Shown here piece by piece: positions 24,463-34,470 of a stretch of DNA of 64,000 nt. The stretch's first letter is position 1, and the number at the start of each line of letters is the position of its first letter. The translations under genes were made by a program, and so were the position numbers. The DNA lies in assembly GCA_964035575.1 (NCBI GenBank), contig OZ037844.1, forward strand, positions 1,178,001 to 1,242,000, given 5' to 3'. The notes under the pieces were generated by a model. It did no database searches and was not told where the DNA came from. It saw only the letters and a list, made by a program, of their open reading frames with translations. Origin of the DNA: Rhynchopus sp. YZ270_cl-10 (Eukaryota).

Positions 24463-25839
24463 ATGTCGAAGCGACACGCAGACAGCACACCTGACGAGAA
24501 GGCATCAAAGAGAAGAAAGCTTTCTGCAGACTCGGTCTTGGTGGAGGCTGCCAGGAACGGCGACACAACTGCCGTGCGGGTGGGACTTGAGAAGCTCAGC
24601 CCACACACAGACAGCAAAACGGTTGCCTTCGATGCTGTGCACGAGGCATGCAGAGGGAACCACGATGAATGCCTCGCACTGCTTCTTCCGTATGTTGAGA
24701 CAACGCAGATGGGCTTCGGGATGCTGCTGAGTGAGTGCATCCACGCAGACCACACTGCGTGCACGGAGGTCCTCTTGCAGCATTGGAAGTCAGTCTGCAG
24801 CAACGTTGCGTTTGTCCCACACGGGCACAAGGCAGACATCCAAAGTAAGACACGTCGTCCCTGTCCAGCCATGTGGGAGAACCCTGCAGTGTGTCAGGTG
24901 CTCATTGATGCAGGGGCAGACATCGAGACAAAGGATGAGAATGGACGTTCACCTCTTCTCAGGGCGAGCATTTCAGGCAAGATCGCAGTTGTGAAGATGT
25001 TGGTCGGAGCAGGTGCGGAGGTGTGTGTCACAGACAAGCAAGGAGACACGTGTCTCTCGCTGGCTGCAGTCTTTGGACACACCGAGACTGTGCGTTATCT
25101 TGTGGGCTTGAAGGAGGTGGACGTGAATCAGAAGGATAACGATGGCTACACTGCGATGCTCCTTGCTACTGAAAGAAGTCATGCAGACGTGGTGCAGGTA
25201 CTCATTGATGCAGGGGCAGATTTCGAGGTGAAGGATGAGGAGGGAAGTTCGCCTCTTCTCTGGGCTTGCTATTCAGGACAAGTCGCAGTTGTGAAGATGT
25301 TGGTCGGAGCAGGTGCAGACGTGTGTGTCACAAACAACCAAGGAGACACATGTCTTATGCTTGCGGCACGTAATGGACACATCGAGACTGTGCGTACTCT
25401 TCTGTGTATGCCTGAGGTGGATATGAATCAGTATACTGGGGGCTTCACTACACTGCACCACGCTGTGTCACAGAAGCAGTCAGGTGTGTCGAAGTTGCTC
25501 ATTGATGCAGGGGCAGACGTTGAGGCAAAGAGTGATGGGATGGGGCGTACGCCTCTTCACTGTGCTTGTGAGGTTGGGGAACGCGATATTGCGAAGATGT
25601 TGGTCAAAGCAGGTGCGGATGTGTGTTCCCTTACAGATGACGATGGAGACACATGCTTTGTTCTTGCTGCTTATTATGGACACACCGAGACTGTGCGTTA
25701 TCTTTTGGGCTTGAAGGATGTGGATGTGAACCACAGGTGTTTGTCTGGCCACACTGCGTTGCACCATGCGAGACAGAAACAACATACAGATGTGGAGCAG
25801 GTTCTCCTCGAGCACGGTGGGGAAGTCTTTCCGCAATGA
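24463..25839 (+). CDS. Intronless ankyrin-repeat protein (458 aa) with an N-terminal NLS-like motif
   Basis: Repeated GxTPLHxA...GHxExVxxL...GADVN-type motifs. ~300-bp DNA periodicity (CTCATTGATGCAGGGGCAGA at ~24901, 25201, 25498). KASKRRKLS near the N-terminus. Confidence 0.93.
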   Translation: MSKRHADSTPDEKASKRRKLSADSVLVEAARNGDTTAVRVGLEKLSPHTDSKTVAFDAVHEACRGNHDECLALLLPYVETTQMGFGMLLSECIHADHTACTEVLLQHWKSVCSNVAFVPHGHKADIQSKTRRPCPAMWENPAVCQVLIDAGADIETKDENGRSPLLRASISGKIAVVKMLVGAGAEVCVTDKQGDTCLSLAAVFGHTETVRYLVGLKEVDVNQKDNDGYTAMLLATERSHADVVQVLIDAGADFEVKDEEGSSPLLWACYSGQVAVVKMLVGAGADVCVTNNQGDTCLMLAARNGHIETVRTLLCMPEVDMNQYTGGFTTLHHAVSQKQSGVSKLLIDAGADVEAKSDGMGRTPLHCACEVGERDIAKMLVKAGADVCSLTDDDGDTCFVLAAYYGHTETVRYLLGLKDVDVNHRCLSGHTALHHARQKQHTDVEQVLLEHGGEVFPQ

Positions 25840-28418
25840 GGCACATTGTGCCTCATTTTTTTTTTTTTTTTTTTTTTTTTTCTCTTTGGCCTTTAGTGGT
25901 CTTTTTATTGCGATAGGTTAGTACACAATGAACAAAAAGCAAGGTGGGCGCACCACTCAAACAAAATGAACAGAACACAAAAGGTGGGCACGGCCCAGGG
26001 TATCTCATTACACCTCCCCTGACGTTGGTCTCCTGCTTGCTTGAGAGGCCGGGGAATCACTTTGGAGTCAAACAACTCGTACGCGAGGATACCTCCCCTA
26101 AAACTGGAAAATACAAATGGAGTGGTGCGCGCAGTAATGTAAGCGGTGTCGTGGCGTGCTTAGCCAAAGGTATACGCTTAAAAGTCACTCAAAAAAAAAA
26201 AAATAAAAGGGAATATGCATTGTGTAAGTATAACTAGTGTGTATTTATATGGGGCGGTGTGGAAAGTGAAACGTAAGGCAGCAAATAGGGTACACACAGC
26301 TCGCCCCCATCACACGCTTTCCCCCTTTCATATCCCAAGATAGCACCCAGGGCGCAATCGATTTTAACATCAACAAAATGCAGTGACTGGTGTGTTTGTG
26401 TGTCTTTAGGGGCGAGGGGGCGGGCAGAGTGAGAGGCAGGCATCTGTGGCAGTCGCAAACCCCCACCAGGAGCCCTGATCTCTTAGGTAGGTTTGTGTTG
26501 TGGCGGCGTACACGATTTGCCCTTGTTGGGGTGTTGGTGGCGTTCTTTTGGGGCATGTGGCTCGTGTTATTACCTATGAGACTCGGACACCCAGCAGAGG
26601 CGCAACTTCCACTTCAGGTACCCATCGCTCTCCCCACCCCTCCTCCCCTTGTCGTCGCATTTGCCTGTGCCGCAATCGGGTGTGCTTAGGGTACTACATC
26701 GGGCCACGGGCAGGGGCTGAGTCTGGGGGTTGTCGTGGCAGAAAAATAAACTAGTGAGTAGGGCACGAGTAGTACGTTCCCATATTGCGTAACGTATCTT
26801 ACTTGCATATGGGGATAAGGGGGGTTAAATGGTAGTACAGGTGGCTCGCATCGGGGGTGTCGCTACGCACCCGTCTACTTTACAGTGACTGCTGCCGAAA
26901 ATAAAAAGGTGGGAGGTTACAGGGGCGCGGTACCCACTGGCGCCTCCCCGCAAGGTGTTGATAGCGACAGGTTGTTTCAGTTTGCAATTGCGAAAAAAAA
27001 TATTTTAAAATAAAACATTTTTTTTTTTTAAAAATTAAAATTTGAGTTATTAAAGTTTTGTTTTGTTACAAATTGTAGAAGTGTGTGTCACTACCCGTGG
27101 GGGGGAAGTTTGGGGCTACTGCGGTTGACATAGTGTCCCATAAGAGTGTGCTGTTGTTTTCGCTAGTAGCGTACCTGGTGGAGCATGCAAGGTGGCCTAG
27201 TAGACTCCTACGCAGCTTCACCGGCACGTGTGTATTGTGTAAAGGGGGAAGGGTGAGGTGGGGGTATTAAATAGGGGAGTTGGGGAATTTGGGATTTTGG
27301 TGGGCGGGAAGAACGTCCGTATGGTAAGACGCGCCGCACGCCTCTTTGGGCACATGTAGTGTTTGTGTGTGCATGTGCTTGCATGTTTAGTCATAAGGGG
27401 GGTTTTGATGGTTGTGTTGGTAGCTCGCATCGGGGGTGTCGCTACGCACCCTTTCACCTAACAGTAATTGCTGCCGTAAAAGAAAAATAAATGATAAATG
27501 AAAAAGAGGAGGTTACCAGAGCGCGGTAGACACTGGCGCCTCCCCTCGAGGTGTTTGGTTGCGACAGAAAAGGTTACATTTTGCATTTTAAAAGTTTCAA
27601 AAGAGGATAAGGTGTGAGCAGTTAAAGTAAAAGTGTGGGTCACTACCCTTTGAAGGGGAACAATGGGGTAACTGCAGCGCGGTAGTCGCTGGTGACCCTC
27701 AAGATTGTGTTGTTGTTTTGACAGGCAGCGTAATCGGTGGAAAATGCAAGGTGGCCGGGTAGACCCCTAAGCAGCTTCACCGGCACGTGCGTATTGTGTA
27801 AAGGGGGAAGGGTGTGTTGGCAGTATTAAATAGGGGGGAATTGGGGCACGGGAAGAGCATTCGTAGGGTAGATGTGTGGTACACCTCCGTCCGCACATGT
27901 ATAGTTTGCTTTAATTGATTAATGTACAGTCAGATGCTCCTAATCTACTTGTGTTTAACGACTGTTGACCTCCAAAAGAGCGGTAAATACATTGTGCTGT
28001 GGTACAGAGAGTGTAGGGAGTGGCGGCATAAAAAAGGGGATAACTAGGTGCATAAAGAAGCGTCCGCTGGGTAAAATGTGGAGTACGCCTCTCTGGGCGT
28101 ACTTCGAGTGCGGAGGGACCTGGGGCTTCAATAGCGAGAGAGAATTATGCATCAGGGATTTCTACGGTGTGAGAAGTGTGGTAGAGATGTGGAAAAATGG
28201 GTAGGGGGAACGCTGAATGAGCGAACGAAAGGCTTTTGATTGGGTAACATGTGGGGAAAGACAGCAGAAAAGCAACAAAATACCCGTTGTAAATAGGGGG
28301 ACATGAATAACACGCTTGTTGTCAGGGGCTAGCAGCGCGACGTAAGTCGTACTGCAGCCTATGACACAAGATTAAACACAGAACATAATAATATTAATCA
28401 ACAACAACTCAGTCACGA

Positions 28419-31400
28419 CTAACTACCGTTACGGAGGTACTCCTCAAGCGGGCCAGGCAGGAAACTCTCGCTGACGAGGTACTTCAGGGCGGTCGCCGGC
28501 TCTCGCATGAGGAGGGTATGGAGGTCCGGGAGGCTTTCGCTACACGTTTGTCGGCAGGAGAAGAACAGGTGCTTCAGGGTGCAGGGCTTGTCGCATCGCA
28601 GGCATGTGGCAGTGTTCGACGAGGTGCGGAAGTCGAACGTTAGCTGGTTGCTGCCAGCTCGGAGGCTGCGGATGGTGGTTTCCCCCCTGCGGGTGAGGTC
28701 CGTGCAGTGGACGGGAGGTTGCAGCACCGCTACGTCCGCTCCGGCCTTCCTGGCGTACACCGTGTTCGTGCCGGGCTGCTCGACGGAAGGGGTGTTCGCC
28801 AGGTGACGTCTCGCACATGATCTGGCGGCAGAGAAGGACAGGCCAGGGCTCTGCACCATCTTGGTGCCTTCTGCGGCCGCAGCGTCAGCAGCATCATTGC
28901 CCAGGACCTGCACATGCGAGGGGACGTAGTGCAGTATTAGGTTTATGTTGTTGCCGGCAAGCCGGTGTAGTCCTTTCCAGAGTTTGTGTTCGAAGTCCTC
29001 TCTGGCCTTCTTGGGACCGCTCTCCAGCGCACGCAGGGACGATTGCGAGTCTGTGAGGATGGCGCAGGTGGCCCCAGGGGTTGCTTTGTCAAAGAGAAGG
29101 TCAATGGAGTGGCCTATGGCGATCATTTCGGCTTGAAAGCTGCTTGCGCCGGTGCCGGCCCCGTAGGAGAAGGAGCAGTTGGGTTCTCGCATCTCGGGGA
29201 GCTTGTACAGCACTACCCCAGCACCCCCGCTTTTGCCCTGGACAGAGCCGTCGGTGTAGGCGTGCCATTCGCAGGGGGGAAGGCGTTGGAGGGCCTCCTC
29301 TGTGAGGAGCAGGAATTTTTCGTCATCTGGCTCAGGGTCGGAGCGGCGTATCCCAGGTATCGTGGCGGTGATACTTAGGCGGGGCAGTACGTCACTCCAA
29401 TACCACGGGTCTACAGGCAGGTGACGCTGCATATCTGCCATATGCACCCCAGGTCTGCGGAACTCCTTGTGTGCCTCGGAGGAGAGTCGCTGGGCGGCGG
29501 AGAGCCAGTTGTTGAGCGTGAGGGAGGCGGAGGTGTAGCCGCAGGCCGCTTTCCCTGGCGTGTCGGTGTGACGCCGAAACAACTCGAACGCAGTTACGGC
29601 GTCCAATCGCATCAGGTCCACTATCGGGGTCAGGCGTGCCTCCCACAGCAATTTGGCGCGAGACGTAGGCAAAGGACATCCGGTGATGATACGCGCCGCG
29701 GCGTTGTGTTCGGCCTCCAGCTTGTCCATCAGGTGTGTTGACAGCTGTGGACCGTATATGCCAAGAGCATAGCGGATCAGGGGAAGTACGTATGTGAGAT
29801 AGGTGGTGCGGAGGGTGTGTGTGTTAGCTCCCCACGTGGTTCCAGACAACATCTTCATCAGACCGAGCCTTTTTTGCACCCTGGTGATGACTGCGGTGGT
29901 GTGTGCCTCCATCGTCAAGGACGGATCCAGCGTCAATCCCAGGTATTTGGGTGTGGCGGAGTAGGGCACCCGAATACCGTTCCTCAGCCAAAGTTCTGTG
30001 TCGGCCGCTAACGGGTACTTGTTGAGGACGTTTCTTGTGCCGAAGAAGGTGAAGACGGTCTTTGTGCTGGAGAGGCGCATTCCGAGTGGCTCCATCGCCG
30101 CTGTGACACGGTTGATGACCGCTTGCGCCAATTCTTGCACTTCCCCTAATGTTTCCCCTTGCACGGTGACTGCCATGTCGTCGGCGAAGAATGTGGGATA
30201 TGTTGCACTGAGGTCGTCGAGCGCTTCCGCAACTTCGTCCATAGCAGCGAGGAAAAGGAGGGGTGACAGTACTGTACCCTGCGGTACTCCAGCTCTCATC
30301 ACGTACTGCGCACTCTTTGCTCCATCCACTGAAACACAGGCGGAGCGGTCACTGGTGAAGGCTTCAATCCAGTTGAGGTAGCGTGGTGGCAGGTGCTGCT
30401 TGTGCTTCAGCGCCTGGAGTATGCGCTTGCGAGACACAGTGTCGAACGCCTTTTCTACGTCGAAGAAGAGTGCGATGGTGGGGCGGTTCTTCCCCGCATT
30501 CACCCGCTGCATGAGCGCCGCGAGCTGGTCTATCGTGGAGAGACGACGGCGGAAACCTGCTTGTGTGCGGTGTGGGCCCCTGTACTGCGGCAGGTCCGGA
30601 CTGTCTTGCATCTGGGTGATGCGGCACTTGACCATCTTCTCCAAGAGTTTGCAGACGTTGCTCGTAAGAGAGATGGGGCGGTACGACGCGGGGATGCTGG
30701 CGTCCTTCCCGTTCTTAGCGATGGGCACGATGTTGCTCTGCAGCCACGATGTAGGGAGTTCACCTTTGCACCAGGATAAGTTGAGGACGTGGAGTAAGGC
30801 GTCTCGTCCTTTGGGCCCAAGATGCAGCAAGAGCTCGTTGTGCATCTCGTCCAGCCCAGGTGCTTTGCCCAGCTTCAGCGAGCTCATCGCGTAATCGAGC
30901 TCCGGCAAGGTGAAGGGAGCTTCGCTTGCCGCTCCGGTGTAGCCCGCGCTCTGTGTGTTGTTGCGCCTAGCAGTACGCTGCGGGTTGGCGAGAGAAGGGG
31001 GCGTGCCATCTCCACTCACTGCGGCGAAGTAGCGGGCCAGGGTGTTCGCTTTTTCCTGCGGTGTGTTCGTCAGAGGGCCCTCCGGGGTAGCGACTGCTTT
31101 GGTGATGGGTTTCACCCGGTCACCACTGAGCTCCTTCAACCTCCGGAAAGTGCTGCTGAGAGGTGGTGGTGTGGCGGCGTTGCAGCTACGCACCCATGCC
31201 TGCTGCTTCGCATCCATGATGGCACAGGAGGTGGCGACCTTCAGCTCTTTCAGCTTTTCGGCTTGGACGTCGCGTTCCGTCTCGTCCGCGGAGAGAAGTA
31301 GTTCCGTCACTGCGTTGCGTTCTTGCAGCAATTCATGGACCTGAGGAGTGAACCACGACTTCCTGACCCTTGGTGTGGAGGTGTGGTGGGAGAGTGGGAT

Positions 31401-33782
31401 GTGTTTTTCTGCGATGTTCTTGCACAATCCCGTGAACCTGTTCACCGCATCTACACCACCCCAGTTGTGGGCCTTGGGGGCGTAACGCTCCAGCTCTGCC
31501 GTGTACGCCTCCCAATCCGCACGTGACCAGCACCATCTCAGCAGGTGTTCGGGCACTGTCGCGTCTTCGTCGCCTCCGTTCACTTCCTCCCCTTCCGTCG
31601 GAGGTTGCACTGTGACTAGGATGGGGAGGTGGTCGGAGCCTCGTGCGCAAAGTGTGGTCCATGTGGCTTCTACGTTCCTGTGTACCAAGGTGATGTCCGG
31701 TGAGGAGAAGACTGTTCCGGAGAAGCGCGTGACTGTGTTGGGGCAGTTGAGCACCTGCATGGCGTTGCGCAGCGACCACTGGTGTAGCTGTGACCCTTTG
31801 GCATCTGGCTTCGCTTGGAGGTCCCACGCAGGGTGGTGGACGTTGAAGTCACCGAGGATGATGGAGTCTTCGTCGGAGGGGAGGTCATCTGCAGAGAAGT
31901 CGTCCACACGCAGGTCATCAGCGCTGCTGCCTACACCTCCAGGTCGGTACAGGTTCGTCACCGTGTACTCCCGATGCTCCGTCGTCACCCTCACGTCAAG
32001 ACGCTCCGTCACACTTGGCTCCCCGCTGGCCCAGGTGAGGGAGGCTTGGTGGCTTGTGTGCACCAGCGTGGCTATGCCGCCTCCGGAGTACAGGCTGCCA
32101 TTGGGGGTGCGGCGTTGCGTGCGCTTCCGGAGGAAGGGGGTGTAGCCCGGGAACGCGGGCAGTGCTGTCTGCGCCTCCTTCAGCTCCTGCAGAGCCACCA
32201 CATCGAAGTGCTCCGAGTTCAGTAACTCCTGCAGCTCCTCTTCCCGTTGCTCGGTCAGCCCGTTGCAGTTGAAGCTGATCAGCTTCAGGGCTTCCTCTGG
32301 TCCGGGGTTCTGCTCTACGTCGCCGCACCTCAGGAGAAGTAGACGTCTCAGGTGTAGGAGGTGGCGTCGTCCCTCAGATGGTTGCAGCTGTTGGTGCAGT
32401 TGTTGGTGCTGTTGCTGTTGCTGCTGCTGGTGATGTTGTCGTTGTTGTTGTTGCTGTTGCCGTTGTTGTTGTAGCTGTCGTTGCTGCTGTTGATGCTGCT
32501 GGTGATGTTGCTGTTGTTGTTGTCGTGTAAGCGGCCACTGCTGTTGATGCTGCTGTTGTTGCTGCTGGTGATGTTGTTGTTGTTGCTGTCGTATTAGGTG
32601 CCTCTGCTGTTGTTGCTGCTGATGTTGTTGTTGTTGGTGCTGCTGTACCGGTACATGTTTTGTTTTGTGGGGTGTAAGGGGGATGAGTTTGTGTGTAGTT
32701 GGAGGAGGTTGGATTAGGGAGGGTGGGGTTGGAGAGATAGGGAGGGGGGTGGTGGTATGGTCTACACGACGAGTTTGATCCCCTTGTTGCTGGACCGCGG
32801 CGACCGCACCGTTATCCCCCCCGGTATCGTCCGGGCTGTGGGGGAGCTGTCCCCAGTCTTGGCGGACGTGTTCCGCCCGTGCTCCTCTCCCACCCTCGCC
32901 CTTTTCCCTTTGGGCGTTTTCCTGGGGGATCCAGACGGTAGCGGTGTCTTTGACGAAGGCGTTTTGCCTTCTGTCATTTCTTCGTCGTCTTCTGTGCCGA
33001 TGTTGGTGTCGACACTTAGTTTTGCACCGCCTTTCTTTCCGGGTCTTGTGCTCTTGGGGAGGAGCTTTTCTAGGCTTAGCGATAACCCTTGGCTGATTTG
33101 TTCGAAGCCTTCGGCTAAGCCCACCCTCAATTGTGACGCGAGGTTTTCCTGATTTGTAGAGAGAGCTTCCACTCTCTTTTCCAAATCGGAAAACCTCGCG
33201 TCCCAAACTGAGGGTCCGGTCGCTGGTACGCTCCCCTTTCCCTTGCCTCCCTTGTTCCCCTTCCCGCTTCCCTTTCCACCCATGTTCTCGTTCCCATCGC
33301 CTCCCACCGTTTTGGGGGACGTTGCATTCTGGCCGAGCCCTACTCCCATTGGGAGGGATGCACTGTGTGCCTGCTTCCCCCCTTCCCCGCTCTTTGCTCC
33401 TCCCCTGCCCCCGCCCTGACCCTTTGCTCCTGGGCTTTGGTAGCCCTTTCCTCTCCCCCTCCCCTTTCCTCCTTTTTGTGTCTGTGAGGTCGTGTTTTTT
33501 TTGTGTGGGGGGAATTTTGCATGGATCGCTGGTGTGCAGACGATCACATGCTCCCCAAATGTGAAGGAGGGTGGGGGTGGTGGTTGTGCATGCATTGCGA
33601 CCAGGAGTGTGTGTGTGTGTGTGCCCCCGGGTGCTGTTTCCCTGCGAGTGCTTCTCCCTCTGATGTGGCGTCCCGTTTGGGAAATTGCCGACACTAGGTC
33701 CTCGGGTGTGCACGTGGTGGGTAAGCCGGTGAGCCTGTAGCTTGCCTCCCCTGCCCTTTCCGCCTTTCCCACTGTTTCCCAT
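28419..33782 (-). CDS. LINE ORF2: polyQ - 2A-like peptide - APE endonuclease - RT - RNase H - CCHC zinc finger
   Basis: SFNCNGL, VALQE, ILGDFNVHH, SPDITL, GSDHLPI (APE); KAPGLD, YRPISL, PQG, FADD, KYLG (RT); YTDGS, AEMIAI, TDSQS, GNDAAD (RNase H); CLRC-x7-HLFFSC. True start uncertain. Confidence 0.96.
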   Translation of the reverse strand: MGNSGKGGKGRGGKLQAHRLTHHVHTRGPSVGNFPNGTPHQREKHSQGNSTRGHTHTHTPGRNACTTTTPTLLHIWGACDRLHTSDPCKIPPTQKKHDLTDTKRRKGEGERKGLPKPRSKGSGRGQGRSKERGRGEAGTQCIPPNGSRARPECNVPQNGGRRWEREHGWKGKREGEQGRQGKGERTSDRTLSLGREVFRFGKESGSSLYKSGKPRVTIEGGLSRRLRTNQPRVIAKPRKAPPQEHKTRKERRCKTKCRHQHRHRRRRRNDRRQNAFVKDTATVWIPQENAQREKGEGGRGARAEHVRQDWGQLPHSPDDTGGDNGAVAAVQQQGDQTRRVDHTTTPLPISPTPPSLIQPPPTTHKLIPLTPHKTKHVPVQQHQQQQHQQQQQQRHLIRQQQQQHHQQQQQQHQQQWPLTRQQQQQHHQQHQQQQRQLQQQRQQQQQQRQHHQQQQQQQHQQLHQQLQPSEGRRHLLHLRRLLLLRCGDVEQNPGPEEALKLISFNCNGLTEQREEELQELLNSEHFDVVALQELKEAQTALPAFPGYTPFLRKRTQRRTPNGSLYSGGGIATLVHTSHQASLTWASGEPSVTERLDVRVTTEHREYTVTNLYRPGGVGSSADDLRVDDFSADDLPSDEDSIILGDFNVHHPAWDLQAKPDAKGSQLHQWSLRNAMQVLNCPNTVTRFSGTVFSSPDITLVHRNVEATWTTLCARGSDHLPILVTVQPPTEGEEVNGGDEDATVPEHLLRWCWSRADWEAYTAELERYAPKAHNWGGVDAVNRFTGLCKNIAEKHIPLSHHTSTPRVRKSWFTPQVHELLQERNAVTELLLSADETERDVQAEKLKELKVATSCAIMDAKQQAWVRSCNAATPPPLSSTFRRLKELSGDRVKPITKAVATPEGPLTNTPQEKANTLARYFAAVSGDGTPPSLANPQRTARRNNTQSAGYTGAASEAPFTLPELDYAMSSLKLGKAPGLDEMHNELLLHLGPKGRDALLHVLNLSWCKGELPTSWLQSNIVPIAKNGKDASIPASYRPISLTSNVCKLLEKMVKCRITQMQDSPDLPQYRGPHRTQAGFRRRLSTIDQLAALMQRVNAGKNRPTIALFFDVEKAFDTVSRKRILQALKHKQHLPPRYLNWIEAFTSDRSACVSVDGAKSAQYVMRAGVPQGTVLSPLLFLAAMDEVAEALDDLSATYPTFFADDMAVTVQGETLGEVQELAQAVINRVTAAMEPLGMRLSSTKTVFTFFGTRNVLNKYPLAADTELWLRNGIRVPYSATPKYLGLTLDPSLTMEAHTTAVITRVQKRLGLMKMLSGTTWGANTHTLRTTYLTYVLPLIRYALGIYGPQLSTHLMDKLEAEHNAAARIITGCPLPTSRAKLLWEARLTPIVDLMRLDAVTAFELFRRHTDTPGKAACGYTSASLTLNNWLSAAQRLSSEAHKEFRRPGVHMADMQRHLPVDPWYWSDVLPRLSITATIPGIRRSDPEPDDEKFLLLTEEALQRLPPCEWHAYTDGSVQGKSGGAGVVLYKLPEMREPNCSFSYGAGTGASSFQAEMIAIGHSIDLLFDKATPGATCAILTDSQSSLRALESGPKKAREDFEHKLWKGLHRLAGNNINLILHYVPSHVQVLGNDAADAAAAEGTKMVQSPGLSFSAARSCARRHLANTPSVEQPGTNTVYARKAGADVAVLQPPVHCTDLTRRGETTIRSLRAGSNQLTFDFRTSSNTATCLRCDKPCTLKHLFFSCRQTCSESLPDLHTLLMREPATALKYLVSESFLPGPLEEYLRNGS
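32298..32372 (-). other. 2A-like (StopGo) peptide
   Basis: RRHLLHLRRLLLLRCGDVEQNPG|P matches D(V/I)ExNPGP and lies immediately before the APE domain. Confidence 0.9.
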
Positions 33783-34291
33783 GCCTTCACTTCGTCCTTT
33801 TTTGGGACAACGATCCCGAAATCCCCTAATCTACCCATTACCACCCTCCCCTGTACTCTTTCCGAGTGCTCCAGCGTTTCGTCGTAGGACGCTTCTGGCC
33901 AAATGACAGACGTAAGTCCGTCATTTGAGTTGGTGCGGGCGGGGCGTATGAACACCCCGTTCACACCGGAGAAAGATAGTATGGGGGCTTCGGGGGATGG
34001 GATTCCCTCAAAATAAAATTTAAAAATATGTTGAGAGGAGGGTTCTCTTCTTTTGAGGGTGAGGGGGGAGACTGACATACGGTGTTGCGAGAGGACTTGC
34101 CTCGCCTTCTCGTCTGCGTTCTTCTCCCACTCGTGCGCGTCATGCGCCGACCGCGACACTTCCAGCAGGAAGCCTTCTGCTTCCGCTAGCCGTGCCGCGG
34201 CTGCTGGCGTTGCCGCCGGGTTCCGGAGCGTGAGGGAGGGTGCCGGCTGCGTCTCTGCATCTACGTCCATGGCGTGATCCGGTGAGGTCAT
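32762..34291 (-). CDS. LINE ORF1 (509 aa): globular N-half, Gly/Lys/Arg-rich region, coiled coil, basic tail
   Basis: First long ATG ORF downstream of the predicted 5' end. GKG/GRG-rich tract. Heptad-like FSDLEKRVEALSTNQENLASQL. Confidence 0.8.
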   Translation of the reverse strand: MTSPDHAMDVDAETQPAPSLTLRNPAATPAAAARLAEAEGFLLEVSRSAHDAHEWEKNADEKARQVLSQHRMSVSPLTLKRREPSSQHIFKFYFEGIPSPEAPILSFSGVNGVFIRPARTNSNDGLTSVIWPEASYDETLEHSERVQGRVVMGRLGDFGIVVPKKDEVKAWETVGKAERAGEASYRLTGLPTTCTPEDLVSAISQTGRHIRGRSTRRETAPGGTHTHTLLVAMHAQPPPPPSFTFGEHVIVCTPAIHAKFPPHKKNTTSQTQKGGKGRGRGKGYQSPGAKGQGGGRGGAKSGEGGKQAHSASLPMGVGLGQNATSPKTVGGDGNENMGGKGSGKGNKGGKGKGSVPATGPSVWDARFSDLEKRVEALSTNQENLASQLRVGLAEGFEQISQGLSLSLEKLLPKSTRPGKKGGAKLSVDTNIGTEDDEEMTEGKTPSSKTPLPSGSPRKTPKGKRARVGEEHGRNTSAKTGDSSPTARTIPGGITVRSPRSSNKGIKLVV

Positions 34292-34470
34292 GTTGTGGGG
34301 GGTGGGATTAGCAAAGGGTAGGTGGGCGTGCGGAGGTTGTTGAAGGGGGGAAAGGAAACAAAAGCAGACTTACCAGGTCAAAAGCGAATAGCAGGCAAAA
34401 GTATAATAGGTATTACACTTAAAATAAAAATAAAAATAAAGTAATGTTAGAAGACCCTGTTTCTCCTGAT

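Noticed and set aside
27085..27830. Small proteins encoded in the LINE 3'UTR repeats
   Set aside because: Differences between the two units are largely non-synonymous or frame-breaking in the frames checked.
28507..33740. Plus-strand ORFs antisense to the LINE, and antisense ORFs over TLK, calpain and Pus10
   Set aside because: Shadow ORFs of GC-rich coding sequence.
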